From assembly GCA_964412125.1 (NCBI GenBank), contig CAYPNR010000005.1, positions 1 through 49,458 of the forward strand: a stretch of 49,458 nt of DNA, given 5' to 3'. The notes under the pieces were generated by a model, which saw only the letters and a program-made list of their open reading frames with translations, had not been told where the DNA came from and made no database searches. Below, in pieces: positions 9,071-19,811 of this stretch. How positions within the stretch are numbered: position 1 is the first letter of the stretch; each line of letters starts with the position of its first letter. The DNA is from an uncultured Planctomycetota bacterium (GTDB taxonomy: Bacteria > Planctomycetota > SKW154). A program made the translations under genes and the position numbers.

Positions 9071-10266
9071 TGAAATCCGGTGCCGGCGGCGAGAGGCGCG
9101 TCGTCTATCGGACGAAAGGGACCTCTCTGGAACTCTACACCTCCGGCGACACCAGTGTGATGCTGATGCGCGGCCGTTTCGATCCCAAGTTCGGCGAGCG
9201 CGCGCTCGCCAATCTCCCTTCCGGCAACGTGGCGCTGGAGTTGCACGACGTCTCGCCGATGGACGTCTCTTTCGTGGTGTTTCTGCGGAACCTGCGGCGT
9301 CGGGTCGAGGCGGCCGGCGGCAGATTCTGGCTGCTGCGCCCGCCCGGACGCCTGCTGGACATAATACAGATGTCGTCTTCGGATCGCGAGTTCGAGGCGG
9401 TTCAGGAGGTGCCCGACGCCGGTTCGACCTCGGCGGACGGACGCGTCCGCCGCGAAGGCGGTCCGTCCGCGGAGATGACGCATCGCATAATGTCGGTTCG
9501 CAGAGACGCGCTCCGCTCCGCGGAACTGGAGCGATCGATGGTCGCCGCGCGCGAGCGCGTGCGCTCGCTCTTCCCGAAGGTTCCGCCGACGTTCGAGCGC
9601 TTCGACACGGCGTTCGTCTACATGCCCTGCGAGGTGATCGGAGGAGACTTCTTCGGCTTCGTTCCGCTCGACGAAGGCCGCACCGGCGTCTTCATCGGCG
9701 ACGTGGCCGGACACGGTATCGAGGCGGCCGTCCTCGTCGGCATGGCGAAAAAGACGTTCGAGATATGGGGACGCTCCATGGACGACGCCGCCGACGTGAT
9801 GGTCCAGTGCAACGCCGATCTCACAGGCGATCTCGACAGGAACACTTTTCTGACGGCCATCTACGGCGTGCTCGACGAACGCGACCTTTCTTTCACTTTC
9901 GCCCGCGCGGGCCACAATCTTCCGGTGCTCGTACGTTCCGGGCGACCGCCCGAGACCGTCGAGGCGCACGGCATGGGCATCGGCATCGGCGATACGGAAA
10001 CCTTCCGGAAACTCTTGAAAACCACACGTGTCGTACTGGAGCCGGGCGACATGCTGCTGCTCTACACCGACGGCATGGTCGAGGCCGCGGACGCCTCCGG
10101 CGCCGAGTTCACCGTGAGACGTCTGCTCGACGCCGTGGGCGATCTGAAAGAGACCGCTCCGGTCACGTGTCTGCGTACGGTGATGCGCGCACTTTACGAG
10201 TTCACCGGCTCCAACGCCCAGCAGGACGACATCACCGCCATCTGCATCTCCGCCAAGGGGCGATGA
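9070..10266 (+). CDS. STAS-domain / PP2C (SpoIIE-RsbU type) serine phosphatase fusion
   Basis: GTG 9070 overlaps the upstream TAG by 1 nt. PP2C motifs GGDFFGF, GDVAGHG, LYTDG and QQDDIT are present. The N-terminal ~110 aa look STAS-like. Confidence 0.8.
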   Translation: MKSGAGGERRVVYRTKGTSLELYTSGDTSVMLMRGRFDPKFGERALANLPSGNVALELHDVSPMDVSFVVFLRNLRRRVEAAGGRFWLLRPPGRLLDIIQMSSSDREFEAVQEVPDAGSTSADGRVRREGGPSAEMTHRIMSVRRDALRSAELERSMVAARERVRSLFPKVPPTFERFDTAFVYMPCEVIGGDFFGFVPLDEGRTGVFIGDVAGHGIEAAVLVGMAKKTFEIWGRSMDDAADVMVQCNADLTGDLDRNTFLTAIYGVLDERDLSFTFARAGHNLPVLVRSGRPPETVEAHGMGIGIGDTETFRKLLKTTRVVLEPGDMLLLYTDGMVEAADASGAEFTVRRLLDAVGDLKETAPVTCLRTVMRALYEFTGSNAQQDDITAICISAKGR

Positions 10267-10299
10267 TCTTCGGACGGCGACGCGCTCCGGTCGCTTCTC

Positions 10300-11949
<1,650 letters not shown>

Positions 11950-11978
11950 CTCCGCTCCCTCCAATCGCGTCGCGGCCG

Positions 11979-12007
11979 ATTCTAACGCCTTGTGCGGCCG
12001 TAAACAA
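11979..12007 (-). promoter_or_regulatory. Sigma70-like promoter: TTGTTT-N17-TAGAAT
   Basis: Minus-strand -35 box at 12007-12002 and -10 box at 11984-11979, about 30 nt upstream of the hutU ATG. Confidence 0.45.
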
Positions 12008-12012
12008 TATCC

Positions 12013-12033
12013 CGCCCGGAGTCTCGACGGGCG
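12013..12033 (-). terminator. Candidate intrinsic terminator after the larB-nnrD-pyrK-like operon
   Basis: CGCCCG/CGGGCG 6-bp stem with a 9-nt loop, 10 nt after the stop at 12044. On the minus strand it is followed by GGATATTGTTTA, which is only moderately T-rich. Confidence 0.3.
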
Positions 12034-12043
12034 TCCGCCGTTC

Positions 12044-12949
12044 TCACGTGAGACGGAGCACCGGACCGTCGCGACAGAGACGAACGCGGCGGTTCCGACC
12101 GTCCGCGCCGGCCTCCGGAACTTCCACGGTGCAGCAGCCGCAGACGCCGAGTCCGCAGAGCATCCGCGACTCGAACGAGGCTTCGGAAGGTATGGACGCC
12201 GCGGCGAGGACGGGCGCGGCCGCCTCGAGCATGGGAGGAGGGCCGCAGAGATAGGCGAAGTCGAACTTCCTTCCCGGTCCGCCTGAGGGATCGAGAAGTT
12301 GGACGAGCAACTCGACTGCGGTGGCCTTCTGACCTTCGCTGCCGTCCTCGGTGGCCAGCAGCGGCGTGTGAGCGAACTTTCGGACGAGGTTGCCCATGTA
12401 GAGTGCGGAGGCGGTACGCGCGCCGAAGACGAAAGTGATGCGGCAGCGCCGCCGTCGCAGGCGCCTGGCGAGGAAGACCAGCGGCGCCACACCCACGCCG
12501 CCCGCGATCATCAGCACCGAGGCGGAGTTCAGCGGCGTGAAACGAGTGCCCAGAGGGCCCCAGACGGCCAGTTCCGGTCCCATCTGGAGTCCCATCAGGT
12601 GTCGTGTGCCCGCGCCGCGGGTGCGGATCAGAAACGCGACCTCTCCGCTTCGGGGATTGGCGTCGAGGAACGACAGGGGACGCGGCAGAAGAAGATCGGC
12701 TCTTTCCGGGACGCGCAGCATGGCGAACTGCCCCGGCGCGGCTCTCGCCACGCGCGGCGCCGCGAGGCGCAGCAGCAGCGCGTCGGGAGCGACCTGCAGC
12801 GACAGCAGGAAGAACGCGTTGACGGAGACGGGCGGACGCAGCCCGCTTTTTTTCGCGCCGGCGGTCGATCGGGACCGGCGGGTCCGGCGCGGAACGTCGT
12901 TGGATGCCCGTCGTTCGCGGGCGCGCCTGTCAGTCCCCTTTCGGCTCAT
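12044..12949 (-). CDS. PyrK-like FAD/NAD(P)-binding reductase with C-terminal 2Fe-2S motif
   Basis: The ORF contains GQFAMLRV...RPLS...AGGVGVAP and C-terminal [11 protein letters not shown]...LCRDGPV. ATG 12949 is the only canonical start and gives a ~40-aa basic N-terminal extension. Confidence 0.75.
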   Translation of the reverse strand: MSRKGTDRRARERRASNDVPRRTRRSRSTAGAKKSGLRPPVSVNAFFLLSLQVAPDALLLRLAAPRVARAAPGQFAMLRVPERADLLLPRPLSFLDANPRSGEVAFLIRTRGAGTRHLMGLQMGPELAVWGPLGTRFTPLNSASVLMIAGGVGVAPLVFLARRLRRRRCRITFVFGARTASALYMGNLVRKFAHTPLLATEDGSEGQKATAVELLVQLLDPSGGPGRKFDFAYLCGPPPMLEAAAPVLAAASIPSEASFESRMLCGLGVCGCCTVEVPEAGADGRNRRVRLCRDGPVLRLT

Positions 12950-13856
12950 CCGTGGTGTGCTCGCTTTCCTCTTCTTCGTGCTCCACGCCGGCCGCCCCGG
13001 CGGTGTGCTCGGCGAACGCCTCCGGAATCGCGTTCAGTATGTCGCTTGCGGTCACGGAGTACTCGGTCAGTTCGGCCGCGGCTATGTCGCCGGCCAGGCC
13101 GTGCAGATAGACGCCGGCGATGGCGGCGTCGAACGAGGTCATGCCCTGCGCCACGAACGAAGCGATCATTCCCGTGAGCACGTCACCGCTTCCGGCCGTG
13201 GCCATGCCGGAGTTGCCGGTCTCGTTGACGTAGACGCCGCGGCTGTCGGTGACGACGGTGCCGGCGCCTTTGAGGACCACGACGCAGTCGAACGCGCGCG
13301 CGAACGTCACGGCGATGATGCGACGCTTCTTCTGCACCTCGTCGATGCTCTTGGAGGCGAGTCGCGCCATCTCGCCGGGATGCGGAGTTATCACCAGCGG
13401 CGCCTGATGGTCGAGCAGTATCTGCGGCTCGGCCGAAATGGCGTTTATGCCGTCGGCGTCCAGCACGATCGGAAAATGACAGCGCCTCACCAGGTCGCGT
13501 ACCAGTCGCTGCGTGTAGAGATTGTTGCCGAGACCCGGTCCTATCGCGAGACAGTTGAAACGTTTCGCCTCCTGGAGTATCGCCTTCACCGCCTTGTCGG
13601 ATATGGTGCCGTGCGGACTTTCCTCGACCGGCAGCGTCATCACCTCGGTCGTCTTCATTTCGAAGACGTGATTGAGCGAGCGCGGGCAGACCAGTCGCAC
13701 GAGACCGCAGCCGCTGCGGAGGGCGGCTTCGCAGCACAGGACGGCCGCGCCGGTCATGCCGACGCTGCCGACCACCGCGAGCACGCGACCGAAGTCTCCC
13801 TTGTGGGCGTCCGGCTTTCGGGGGGGCAGCGGTGGTATGTCCGTCACGTTTTTCAT
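12930..13856 (-). CDS. nnrD: ADP-dependent NAD(P)H-hydrate dehydratase (YjeF C-terminal type)
   Basis: The ORF contains KGDFGRVLAVVGS...GAAVLCCEAALRSG...VLDADG...TPHPGE...GNSGMATAGSGDVLTG. Confidence 0.88.
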   Translation of the reverse strand: MKNVTDIPPLPPRKPDAHKGDFGRVLAVVGSVGMTGAAVLCCEAALRSGCGLVRLVCPRSLNHVFEMKTTEVMTLPVEESPHGTISDKAVKAILQEAKRFNCLAIGPGLGNNLYTQRLVRDLVRRCHFPIVLDADGINAISAEPQILLDHQAPLVITPHPGEMARLASKSIDEVQKKRRIIAVTFARAFDCVVVLKGAGTVVTDSRGVYVNETGNSGMATAGSGDVLTGMIASFVAQGMTSFDAAIAGVYLHGLAGDIAAAELTEYSVTASDILNAIPEAFAEHTAGAAGVEHEEEESEHTTDEPKGD

Positions 13857-14605
13857 CGCCGTACTCCCCTGTTTATCAACGATGCAAGATAACCGGCGCC
13901 GAAGCCGTTGTCAATGTTCACGCATCCCACGCCCGGCACGCAACTCGACAGCATTGCGTGCAGCGCCGCACGTCCGCCGGCGCTCACGCCGTAACCGATG
14001 CTCGTGGGCACGGCGATGACGGGCGCTTCCACCAGGCCGCCGACGAGGCTCGGCAACGCGCCCTCCATGCCGGCCGCCACCACCAAGCATCGCGCCTCGC
14101 GCATGTCCGCGAGGTGCTCGGCGAGTCGGTGCACGCCGGCCACGCCCACGTCGTAGGCGGTCTTCGTACGCGAGCCGGTCATCTCGGCGGTGATCCGCGC
14201 TTCCTCCGCGACCGGTATGTCGCCGGTGCCGGCGGAGACGATGAACACCAGACCGCGGCGTCGCACCTTGCGGCGGCCGACCGTTATGCAGCGCGCCGGC
14301 CGGTGGTGCTCCGCCTCCGGTATCCGCGCCTTTACGGCGGCGTAGTGCTCCGCGTCGGCGCGGGTCGCCAGCAGGAGACCGTGTCGCTCCACTATGCCGA
14401 CGCCTATCGCGGCGACCTGCTCGGGCGTCTTGCCCTCGCAGAGAATCACTTCCGGAAAGCCGCGTCGCCGCTGTCGCTCGGTGTCGACGCAGGCATCGGC
14501 CAGCCTCAAAAAGCCTCCGGCGGCGAGCGCGCGTTCCGCTTCCTCCACCGACGTTCGCCGTCCCCGCACCGCTTGCAGCAACCTGCGCAGGCCGTTTGCG
14601 TCCAT
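13853..14605 (-). CDS. larB: LarB-type pyridinium-3,5-biscarboxylic acid mononucleotide synthase (PurE-like)
   Basis: The ORF contains FPEVILCEGKT...VSAGTGDIPVAEEA...VGVAGVHRL...VVAAGMEGALPSLVGG...VIAVPTS. I prefer ATG 14605 (GGGGGA upstream) over GTG 14620. Confidence 0.8.
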   Translation of the reverse strand: MDANGLRRLLQAVRGRRTSVEEAERALAAGGFLRLADACVDTERQRRRGFPEVILCEGKTPEQVAAIGVGIVERHGLLLATRADAEHYAAVKARIPEAEHHRPARCITVGRRKVRRRGLVFIVSAGTGDIPVAEEARITAEMTGSRTKTAYDVGVAGVHRLAEHLADMREARCLVVAAGMEGALPSLVGGLVEAPVIAVPTSIGYGVSAGGRAALHAMLSSCVPGVGCVNIDNGFGAGYLASLINRGVRR

Positions 14606-14652
14606 CTCGGTCCCCCGCACGATCCTTAATGCGTATTTTCCACGTGCGGAAT

Positions 14653-14661
14653 ATTATAACA
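14653..14661 (-). promoter_or_regulatory. Extended -10 promoter TGTTATAAT for larB
   Basis: Minus strand reads TGT-TATAAT across 14661-14653. The -35 box is weak (CTTCCC). It sits in the only AT-rich patch of the divergent gap. Confidence 0.4.
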
Positions 14662-14706
14662 CACAGGCGCCCTCAGGGAAGCGGAGATCGACGGAGCCCG
14701 CGACGC

Positions 14707-14735
14707 TTGCGCGACGGCGCCGCGGCGGATAGAAT
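14707..14735 (+). promoter_or_regulatory. Sigma70-like promoter: TTGCGC-N17-TAGAAT
   Basis: The -35 box is at 14707-14712 and the -10 box at 14730-14735, about 90 nt upstream of the purN GTG at 14828. Confidence 0.45.
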
Positions 14736-14827
14736 CTGCCTCCGCGACGGCGGCCCGCCCCGGCCGAAACGTTCTGGAGGACGCGACCATTCCGAGCGAC
14801 GCCGATCGTGCGAAGGACGGCGGAGAC

Positions 14828-15454
14828 GTGAGACTCGCGGTCCTGGTCTCCGGCGGCGGCACGACACTGCAGAACTTTCTCGACAGGATAGCCGAGGGAA
14901 GTTTACGGGCGAAGGTGGTCTGCGTGGTTTCGAGCAGTTCGCGGGCGTACGCGCTGGAGCGCGCGCGCGCGGCGGAAATTCCGCACGCGGCGATAAGACG
15001 ACAAGACTATCCGGACACCGACTCGTTCTCGGAGGCGGTTTACGAGTACGTCGAGCGGTTCTCGCCGGACCTGATCGCCATGGCGGGCTTTCTGAAGTTG
15101 CTTCGCGTGCCGGAGCGCTGGCGCAACCGCGTCATGAACATTCATCCGGCGCTGATACCGGCGTTCTGCGGCGACGGTTTCTACGGCATGCGCGTCCATC
15201 GCGCCGTCGTCGAATACGGCGTCAAGGTGACCGGATGCACGGTCCATTTCGCGGACGACGCCTACGACCGCGGCCCGATCATCATCCAGAAGACGGTGCC
15301 GGTCCGCGCCGACGACACTCCGGAGGACGTGCAAAAACGGGTCTTCGAGAAGGAGTGCGAAGCGTATCCCGAGGCGATAAACCTCTACGCGGCCGGCAGG
15401 CTGAAAGTGGTGGGACGCGTGGTACACGTACTGGACGCCGGGGGCGGGCCCTGA
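14828..15454 (+). CDS. purN: Phosphoribosylglycinamide formyltransferase
   Basis: The ORF contains LAVLVSGGGTTLQ...MAGFLKLL...NIHPALIP...G.TVHF....D.GPII. Confidence 0.9.
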   Translation: MRLAVLVSGGGTTLQNFLDRIAEGSLRAKVVCVVSSSSRAYALERARAAEIPHAAIRRQDYPDTDSFSEAVYEYVERFSPDLIAMAGFLKLLRVPERWRNRVMNIHPALIPAFCGDGFYGMRVHRAVVEYGVKVTGCTVHFADDAYDRGPIIIQKTVPVRADDTPEDVQKRVFEKECEAYPEAINLYAAGRLKVVGRVVHVLDAGGGP

Positions 15455-16569
15455 TGAGGGTGGTCCTTTTCGACATGATGAGGGACTGGCGCGGCGGCCA
15501 GCGTCAGTTTCTGCTTCTCGCGCGAGGTCTTCTGGAACGCGGAGTCGAGCCGCTTCTCATCTGCCGGCGGGGCAGCGCGCTCCACGGGCGCGCGCGCGCC
15601 GCGCGCGTGCCGACGATTCCGCTTACGATTCCGTTCGAGGCGGACTTCACGGCGATTCGACGCGTCGCCCGCATCCTGAGGGACTTCGACGCCGACGTGC
15701 TTCACTTCAACGACAGTCACAGTCACTGGATAGGCGGCGCCGCGGCGCTGTTCGTCCGTCGCGTCGTCCGCGTGGCCAGTCGCCGCGTCGATTTTCACAT
15801 CTTTCGACACGGCTTCGGCTTCTCCTATTTCAAGTATCGCTACATGGCGGACGCCTATATCGCCGTCAGTCGCGCCGCCCGCGACGTCCTCGTCCGCTGC
15901 GGAGTTCGTCCGGAACGCGTCTTTGTGGTGGAAAGCGGACTGCCGCCCGCGGCGCCGCAGGCGGTCGATGTGCGTTCGTTGCCGGGCGTGCCGGAGCGGA
16001 CGCGGGTGGTGGGAAGCGTCGGCGCTCTGGTCTGGCACAAGGGACACGAGCACCTGATCGACGCCGCCGCGCTGCTGGCCGGGCGGACGCCCGGGGTCGC
16101 TTTCGTCGTCGTCGGCGACGGTCCGCTCAGGCGGCGACTGGAGCGGAGGATTGAAGAAAAAGGGCTTCGCGGACGTTTCTTTCTTCCGGGCCGTCGCGAG
16201 GACGCCGAGGCGCTCGTCGGCTCCTTCGACGTCTTCGTGATGCCCAGCGTGATGGAGGGACTCGGCTCGAGCGTCCTGGACGCCTACCGGCACGGCGTGC
16301 CGGCGGTGGTGACGGACGCGGGAGGCCTGCCGGAGGTGGCGGGCGGCGGCGCGGCGGCCCTGGTTGTCCCGAAAGGCGACGCGCGGGCGCTTGCCGCTGG
16401 AATCGAGCGGGCGCTGTCGGATAAAATGTTACGTTCGCGTCTGGCGGAAGCCGGTCGCGGACTGCTGCTGCGACGATTTTCTGCCGATATAATGATAGAA
16501 CGGAGCGTTTCAGTTTACGAACGTCTGATTCGGGGGCGGAGAAAATGGCGCTCAGCCGCGAACAGGTAG
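15454..16569 (+). CDS. GT4-family glycosyltransferase
   Basis: ATG 15454 overlaps the purN TGA. The C-terminal half carries the GT-B motif (VGDGP...FVMPSVMEGLGSSVLDAYRHGVPAVVTDAGGLPEV). Confidence 0.8.
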   Translation: MRVVLFDMMRDWRGGQRQFLLLARGLLERGVEPLLICRRGSALHGRARAARVPTIPLTIPFEADFTAIRRVARILRDFDADVLHFNDSHSHWIGGAAALFVRRVVRVASRRVDFHIFRHGFGFSYFKYRYMADAYIAVSRAARDVLVRCGVRPERVFVVESGLPPAAPQAVDVRSLPGVPERTRVVGSVGALVWHKGHEHLIDAAALLAGRTPGVAFVVVGDGPLRRRLERRIEEKGLRGRFFLPGRREDAEALVGSFDVFVMPSVMEGLGSSVLDAYRHGVPAVVTDAGGLPEVAGGGAAALVVPKGDARALAAGIERALSDKMLRSRLAEAGRGLLLRRFSADIMIERSVSVYERLIRGRRKWRSAANR

Positions 16570-18335
16570 GAAAACTCTGGCGGCTCGCCAAGTACATGCT
16601 TCCGTACTGGCCGCTGTTGCTGGTCGCGTTTGTGATGATGCTCATCTACTCCGCCGTACATGCGCTGCCGGCGTACCTGACGAAAACCCTGCTCGACGAC
16701 GTCCTCGGCAACGCCGCCGTGCCCGCGGAGGAGAAGATGAGCATTCTCTCGACGCTCTGCTTCGTGGCCGGAGGAGCGGCCTTCCTCGCAGGTCTGTCGG
16801 TCTTCCTGAAAGAGTATCTCCGTCAGCGTGTGGTCCAGAGCACCGTGGTCAGAATTCGACAGGAGGCGGGTCACTATCTTTTGCGCATGTCCATGGAGTA
16901 TTTCGACCGCCGCAAGGTCGGCGACCTGATGAGTCGGCTCACCAACGATATCAACCGCACCACACAGGCGCTCTACTTCTTCACCGGAGACGTCGTTCAG
17001 TGTCCCGTACTGATGCTGATGGCGCTGGCCGTCGCGATACATCACTCCTGGCAGTTGACCCTCATCTGCTGCGTCGGACTGCCGGGACTCTGGTGGATCT
17101 TCGTCAGATTCGGCCGCAGGATCCGGCATCACTCCTCCAAGAGTCTCGCTCAACTCGGACACGTGACCGAGTCCATGCAGCAGATGATATCGGGCATAGA
17201 GATCGTAAAGGCGTTCGGCCTGGAGAAGCAGAAGGCGGAGGAGTTCAGACGCGAGAACAGACTGTATCTGCGACGCGTGCTGAACGTGGTCAGGAACAAA
17301 GCGGCCTCACGCGCGCTGGTCGAGTTTTCGTACATGATGGCGGTGGCCGGACTCATATTTCTCGGCGGCTGGCTCACCGTGCACGGCTACTGGGGGCTGA
17401 CTCTCGGCTCGCTGATGGGCTTCTGCGCGGCGCTTGCGACCATGTATCATCCCGGCAAGCGGCTCGCGCGCGCTTACGCTCTCATGCAGGAGGCTCTGCC
17501 GGGCGCCACGCGTGTATTCCAGATGCTGGACGAAAAGCCGCAGGTCAAGGACGTCCACGACGCGGTGGTGATCGACAGGGTGAAAGGCAAAACCGTGTTC
17601 GAGGACGTCTGGTTCTCCTACAACGGCGGCGAACCCGTGCTCAAGGGCGTCAGTTTCACGGTGCGTCCGGGAGAGGTTCTGGCGATAGTGGGGCCGAGCG
17701 GCGCCGGCAAAAGCACCATTCTCAATCTTCTCCTGCGCTTCTACGATCCGGTGCGCGGACGCGTGCTGGTCGACGACAGGGACATACGAACCGTGAAGCG
17801 GCGCTCGCTGCTCGACCACATAGCGGTGGTGACGCAGGATCCGTTTCTGTTCAACACCACGGTGGTCGAGAACGTCCACTACGGCAAACCCGGCGCGACC
17901 CGTGAGGAGGTGATCGCCGCGCTCGAGGCCGCCGGCGTGGCTAAGGAGGTGGAGGCGCTGGAGAAGGGATACGACACGGTGGTCGGCGAGCGCGGCACGC
18001 GACTCTCCGGCGGCCAGAAGCAGCGGGTGACGATAGCCAGGGCGCTCCTGCGCGACCCCGCCATACTGCTTCTCGACGAGGCGACTTCCAATCTCGACTC
18101 CGAGAGCGAGAGCGTGGTGCAGGAGGCGCTGGACAGACTCATGCGGAACAGAACCTGCATCGTGGTCGCCCACAGACTCTCCACCGCGCGCAAGGCCGAT
18201 CGCATACTCGTGCTCGAGGAGGGTTTCGTGATGGAGGAGGGAACGCACGAGGAACTGATGGCGAAAGGCGGAATCTATCGTCGCCTGTTCGACCTGCAGC
18301 ACGATGAGGACGCGATGGGGGCGCGGAAGAGTTGA
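16545..18335 (+). CDS. msbA: ABC exporter, fused permease/ATPase (MsbA-like lipid A flippase)
   Basis: Six-TM N-terminal half, Walker A GPSGAGKST, signature LSGGQKQR and Walker B ILLLDEATS. It sits among LPS genes. Confidence 0.8.
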   Translation: MALSREQVGKLWRLAKYMLPYWPLLLVAFVMMLIYSAVHALPAYLTKTLLDDVLGNAAVPAEEKMSILSTLCFVAGGAAFLAGLSVFLKEYLRQRVVQSTVVRIRQEAGHYLLRMSMEYFDRRKVGDLMSRLTNDINRTTQALYFFTGDVVQCPVLMLMALAVAIHHSWQLTLICCVGLPGLWWIFVRFGRRIRHHSSKSLAQLGHVTESMQQMISGIEIVKAFGLEKQKAEEFRRENRLYLRRVLNVVRNKAASRALVEFSYMMAVAGLIFLGGWLTVHGYWGLTLGSLMGFCAALATMYHPGKRLARAYALMQEALPGATRVFQMLDEKPQVKDVHDAVVIDRVKGKTVFEDVWFSYNGGEPVLKGVSFTVRPGEVLAIVGPSGAGKSTILNLLLRFYDPVRGRVLVDDRDIRTVKRRSLLDHIAVVTQDPFLFNTTVVENVHYGKPGATREEVIAALEAAGVAKEVEALEKGYDTVVGERGTRLSGGQKQRVTIARALLRDPAILLLDEATSNLDSESESVVQEALDRLMRNRTCIVVAHRLSTARKADRILVLEEGFVMEEGTHEELMAKGGIYRRLFDLQHDEDAMGARKS

Positions 18336-19366
18336 CGGGAGTTCTTTCCAGAGACATGGATCACTACCGGCGCGTGCTCGACGGTCTGGCCGGTGTGAAG
18401 GTGGGGATCGTTGGCGACGCGATACTCGACGTGTATCTCTACGGCAGGCCTTCACGACTTTCGCGTGAGGCGCCGGTGCCGATAGTCGAGTACGAAGGCG
18501 AGGACGCGGTTCCCGGCGGCGCGGCGAACGCGGCCGCCGCCGCCGCCGCGCTCGGCGCGCGCGCGTCCATCTTCGGCTTCATCGGCGCCGACGAGGCCGG
18601 CGAGCGCCTGATCTCGCTACTCGACTCACGCGGCGTCGACACAAGCGGACTCCTGTCGGTTCCGGACTGGGGCACCGTGACCAAGACCAGATTGATGGCG
18701 GGCTCCCTGCACACCGCCAAGCACCAGATGGCGCGTATAGACAGAGGCGTTCCCCTGCTGTCGCAGCGGACGCTTTTCGCCATGCTCGCCGACCGCCTCA
18801 GGGCGGCCGCCGACCGCGTGGACGCCTTGCTGATAAGCGACTACGGCTACCGCGCGGTCTCCGGCGAGGTTGAAGGAGTCGTCAAGGACGCGGCCGCCGC
18901 GGGGCTCCGTGTCGTCGCGGACAGTCGCAGACGCGTTCACGACTTCTCGCGCGTGACGGCCGTCACGCCCAACGAGGAGGAGACGCTGGAGTTCGGACGA
19001 TACATGCTGAACTTCGAGTCCGACGTGGAGAGGATCGGCGAGCAGATGCTGGAGATACTCAAGTTGCAGGCGGTGCTCGTGACGCGGGGCAACCGCGGAC
19101 TTTCGTTGTTTCTGCCCGGGCGCGTCCACACCGTTCCGGTGGCGGGCACTGCGGACATAGTGGACGTCTCCGGCGCGGGCGACGAGGTGGCGGTGGTGTT
19201 TTCGTGCGCGCTGGCGACGGGATGCGACTTCGAGACCGCGGCGGAACTGGCGGACGTCGCCGCGGGCGTCGTGGTGATGAAGCGCGGAACGGCTGTGGCC
19301 GACGTCGAAGAGATAGACGCGAAACTGACGGAGGTTGCCGGTGGCGGCGGAAGTGATCGATCGTGA
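18332..19366 (+). CDS. hldA: D-glycero-beta-D-manno-heptose-7-phosphate kinase (HldE domain I type)
   Basis: The ORF contains [12 protein letters not shown]...[11 protein letters not shown]...GGAANAA and a C-terminal DVSGAGDE ribokinase motif. TTG 18332 overlaps the msbA TGA, and ATG 18356 is an alternative start. Confidence 0.85.
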   Translation: MTGVLSRDMDHYRRVLDGLAGVKVGIVGDAILDVYLYGRPSRLSREAPVPIVEYEGEDAVPGGAANAAAAAAALGARASIFGFIGADEAGERLISLLDSRGVDTSGLLSVPDWGTVTKTRLMAGSLHTAKHQMARIDRGVPLLSQRTLFAMLADRLRAAADRVDALLISDYGYRAVSGEVEGVVKDAAAAGLRVVADSRRRVHDFSRVTAVTPNEEETLEFGRYMLNFESDVERIGEQMLEILKLQAVLVTRGNRGLSLFLPGRVHTVPVAGTADIVDVSGAGDEVAVVFSCALATGCDFETAAELADVAAGVVVMKRGTAVADVEEIDAKLTEVAGGGGSDRS

Positions 19367-19811
19367 GCGGGCGGCGGAGATAGTCGAAGAGGCGCGGGCG
19401 GCGGGCAGAATCGTCGTTTTCGCCAACGGCTGCTTCGACGTGCTGCACGTGGGCCACGTTCGGTACCTGCGCGCCGCACGGGAACTGGGCGACGCGCTCA
19501 TGGTGGGCGTCAACTCCGACCGCAGCGTCCGGGCGCTGAAGGGCGAGGGGCGGCCCGTCATGCCGCTCGTCGAGCGGGTCGAGATACTGTCGGAGATGCG
19601 GTGCGTGGACTACATAGTCGCCTTCGACGAGAGAACCGCCGACGCCGTTCTCTCGGCGGTGCGGCCGCACATCCACGCGAAGGGAACCGACTACACCGAA
19701 CTGACCGTTCCCGAACGCGACACCGTACTGGCCTACGGCGGCAGAATAGCGATAGTCGGAGATCCCAAGGACCACTCCGTGACGGACCTTCTACGGAGGC
19801 TGAAGGGTTGA
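19335..19811 (+). CDS. hldC: D-glycero-beta-D-manno-heptose-1-phosphate adenylyltransferase (HldE domain II type)
   Basis: Cytidylyltransferase motif [14 protein letters not shown] plus VGVNSD...RPV.P..ER. The start could be TTG 19335 or GTG 19353. Confidence 0.85.
   Translation: MPVAAEVIDRERAAEIVEEARAAGRIVVFANGCFDVLHVGHVRYLRAARELGDALMVGVNSDRSVRALKGEGRPVMPLVERVEILSEMRCVDYIVAFDERTADAVLSAVRPHIHAKGTDYTELTVPERDTVLAYGGRIAIVGDPKDHSVTDLLRRLKG

Noticed and set aside
10267-10299. Hairpin between the convergent PP2C and hutU ends as a bidirectional terminator
   Set aside because: There is only a 5-bp GCGAC/GTCGC stem with an 8-nt loop and no flanking T or A tracts.
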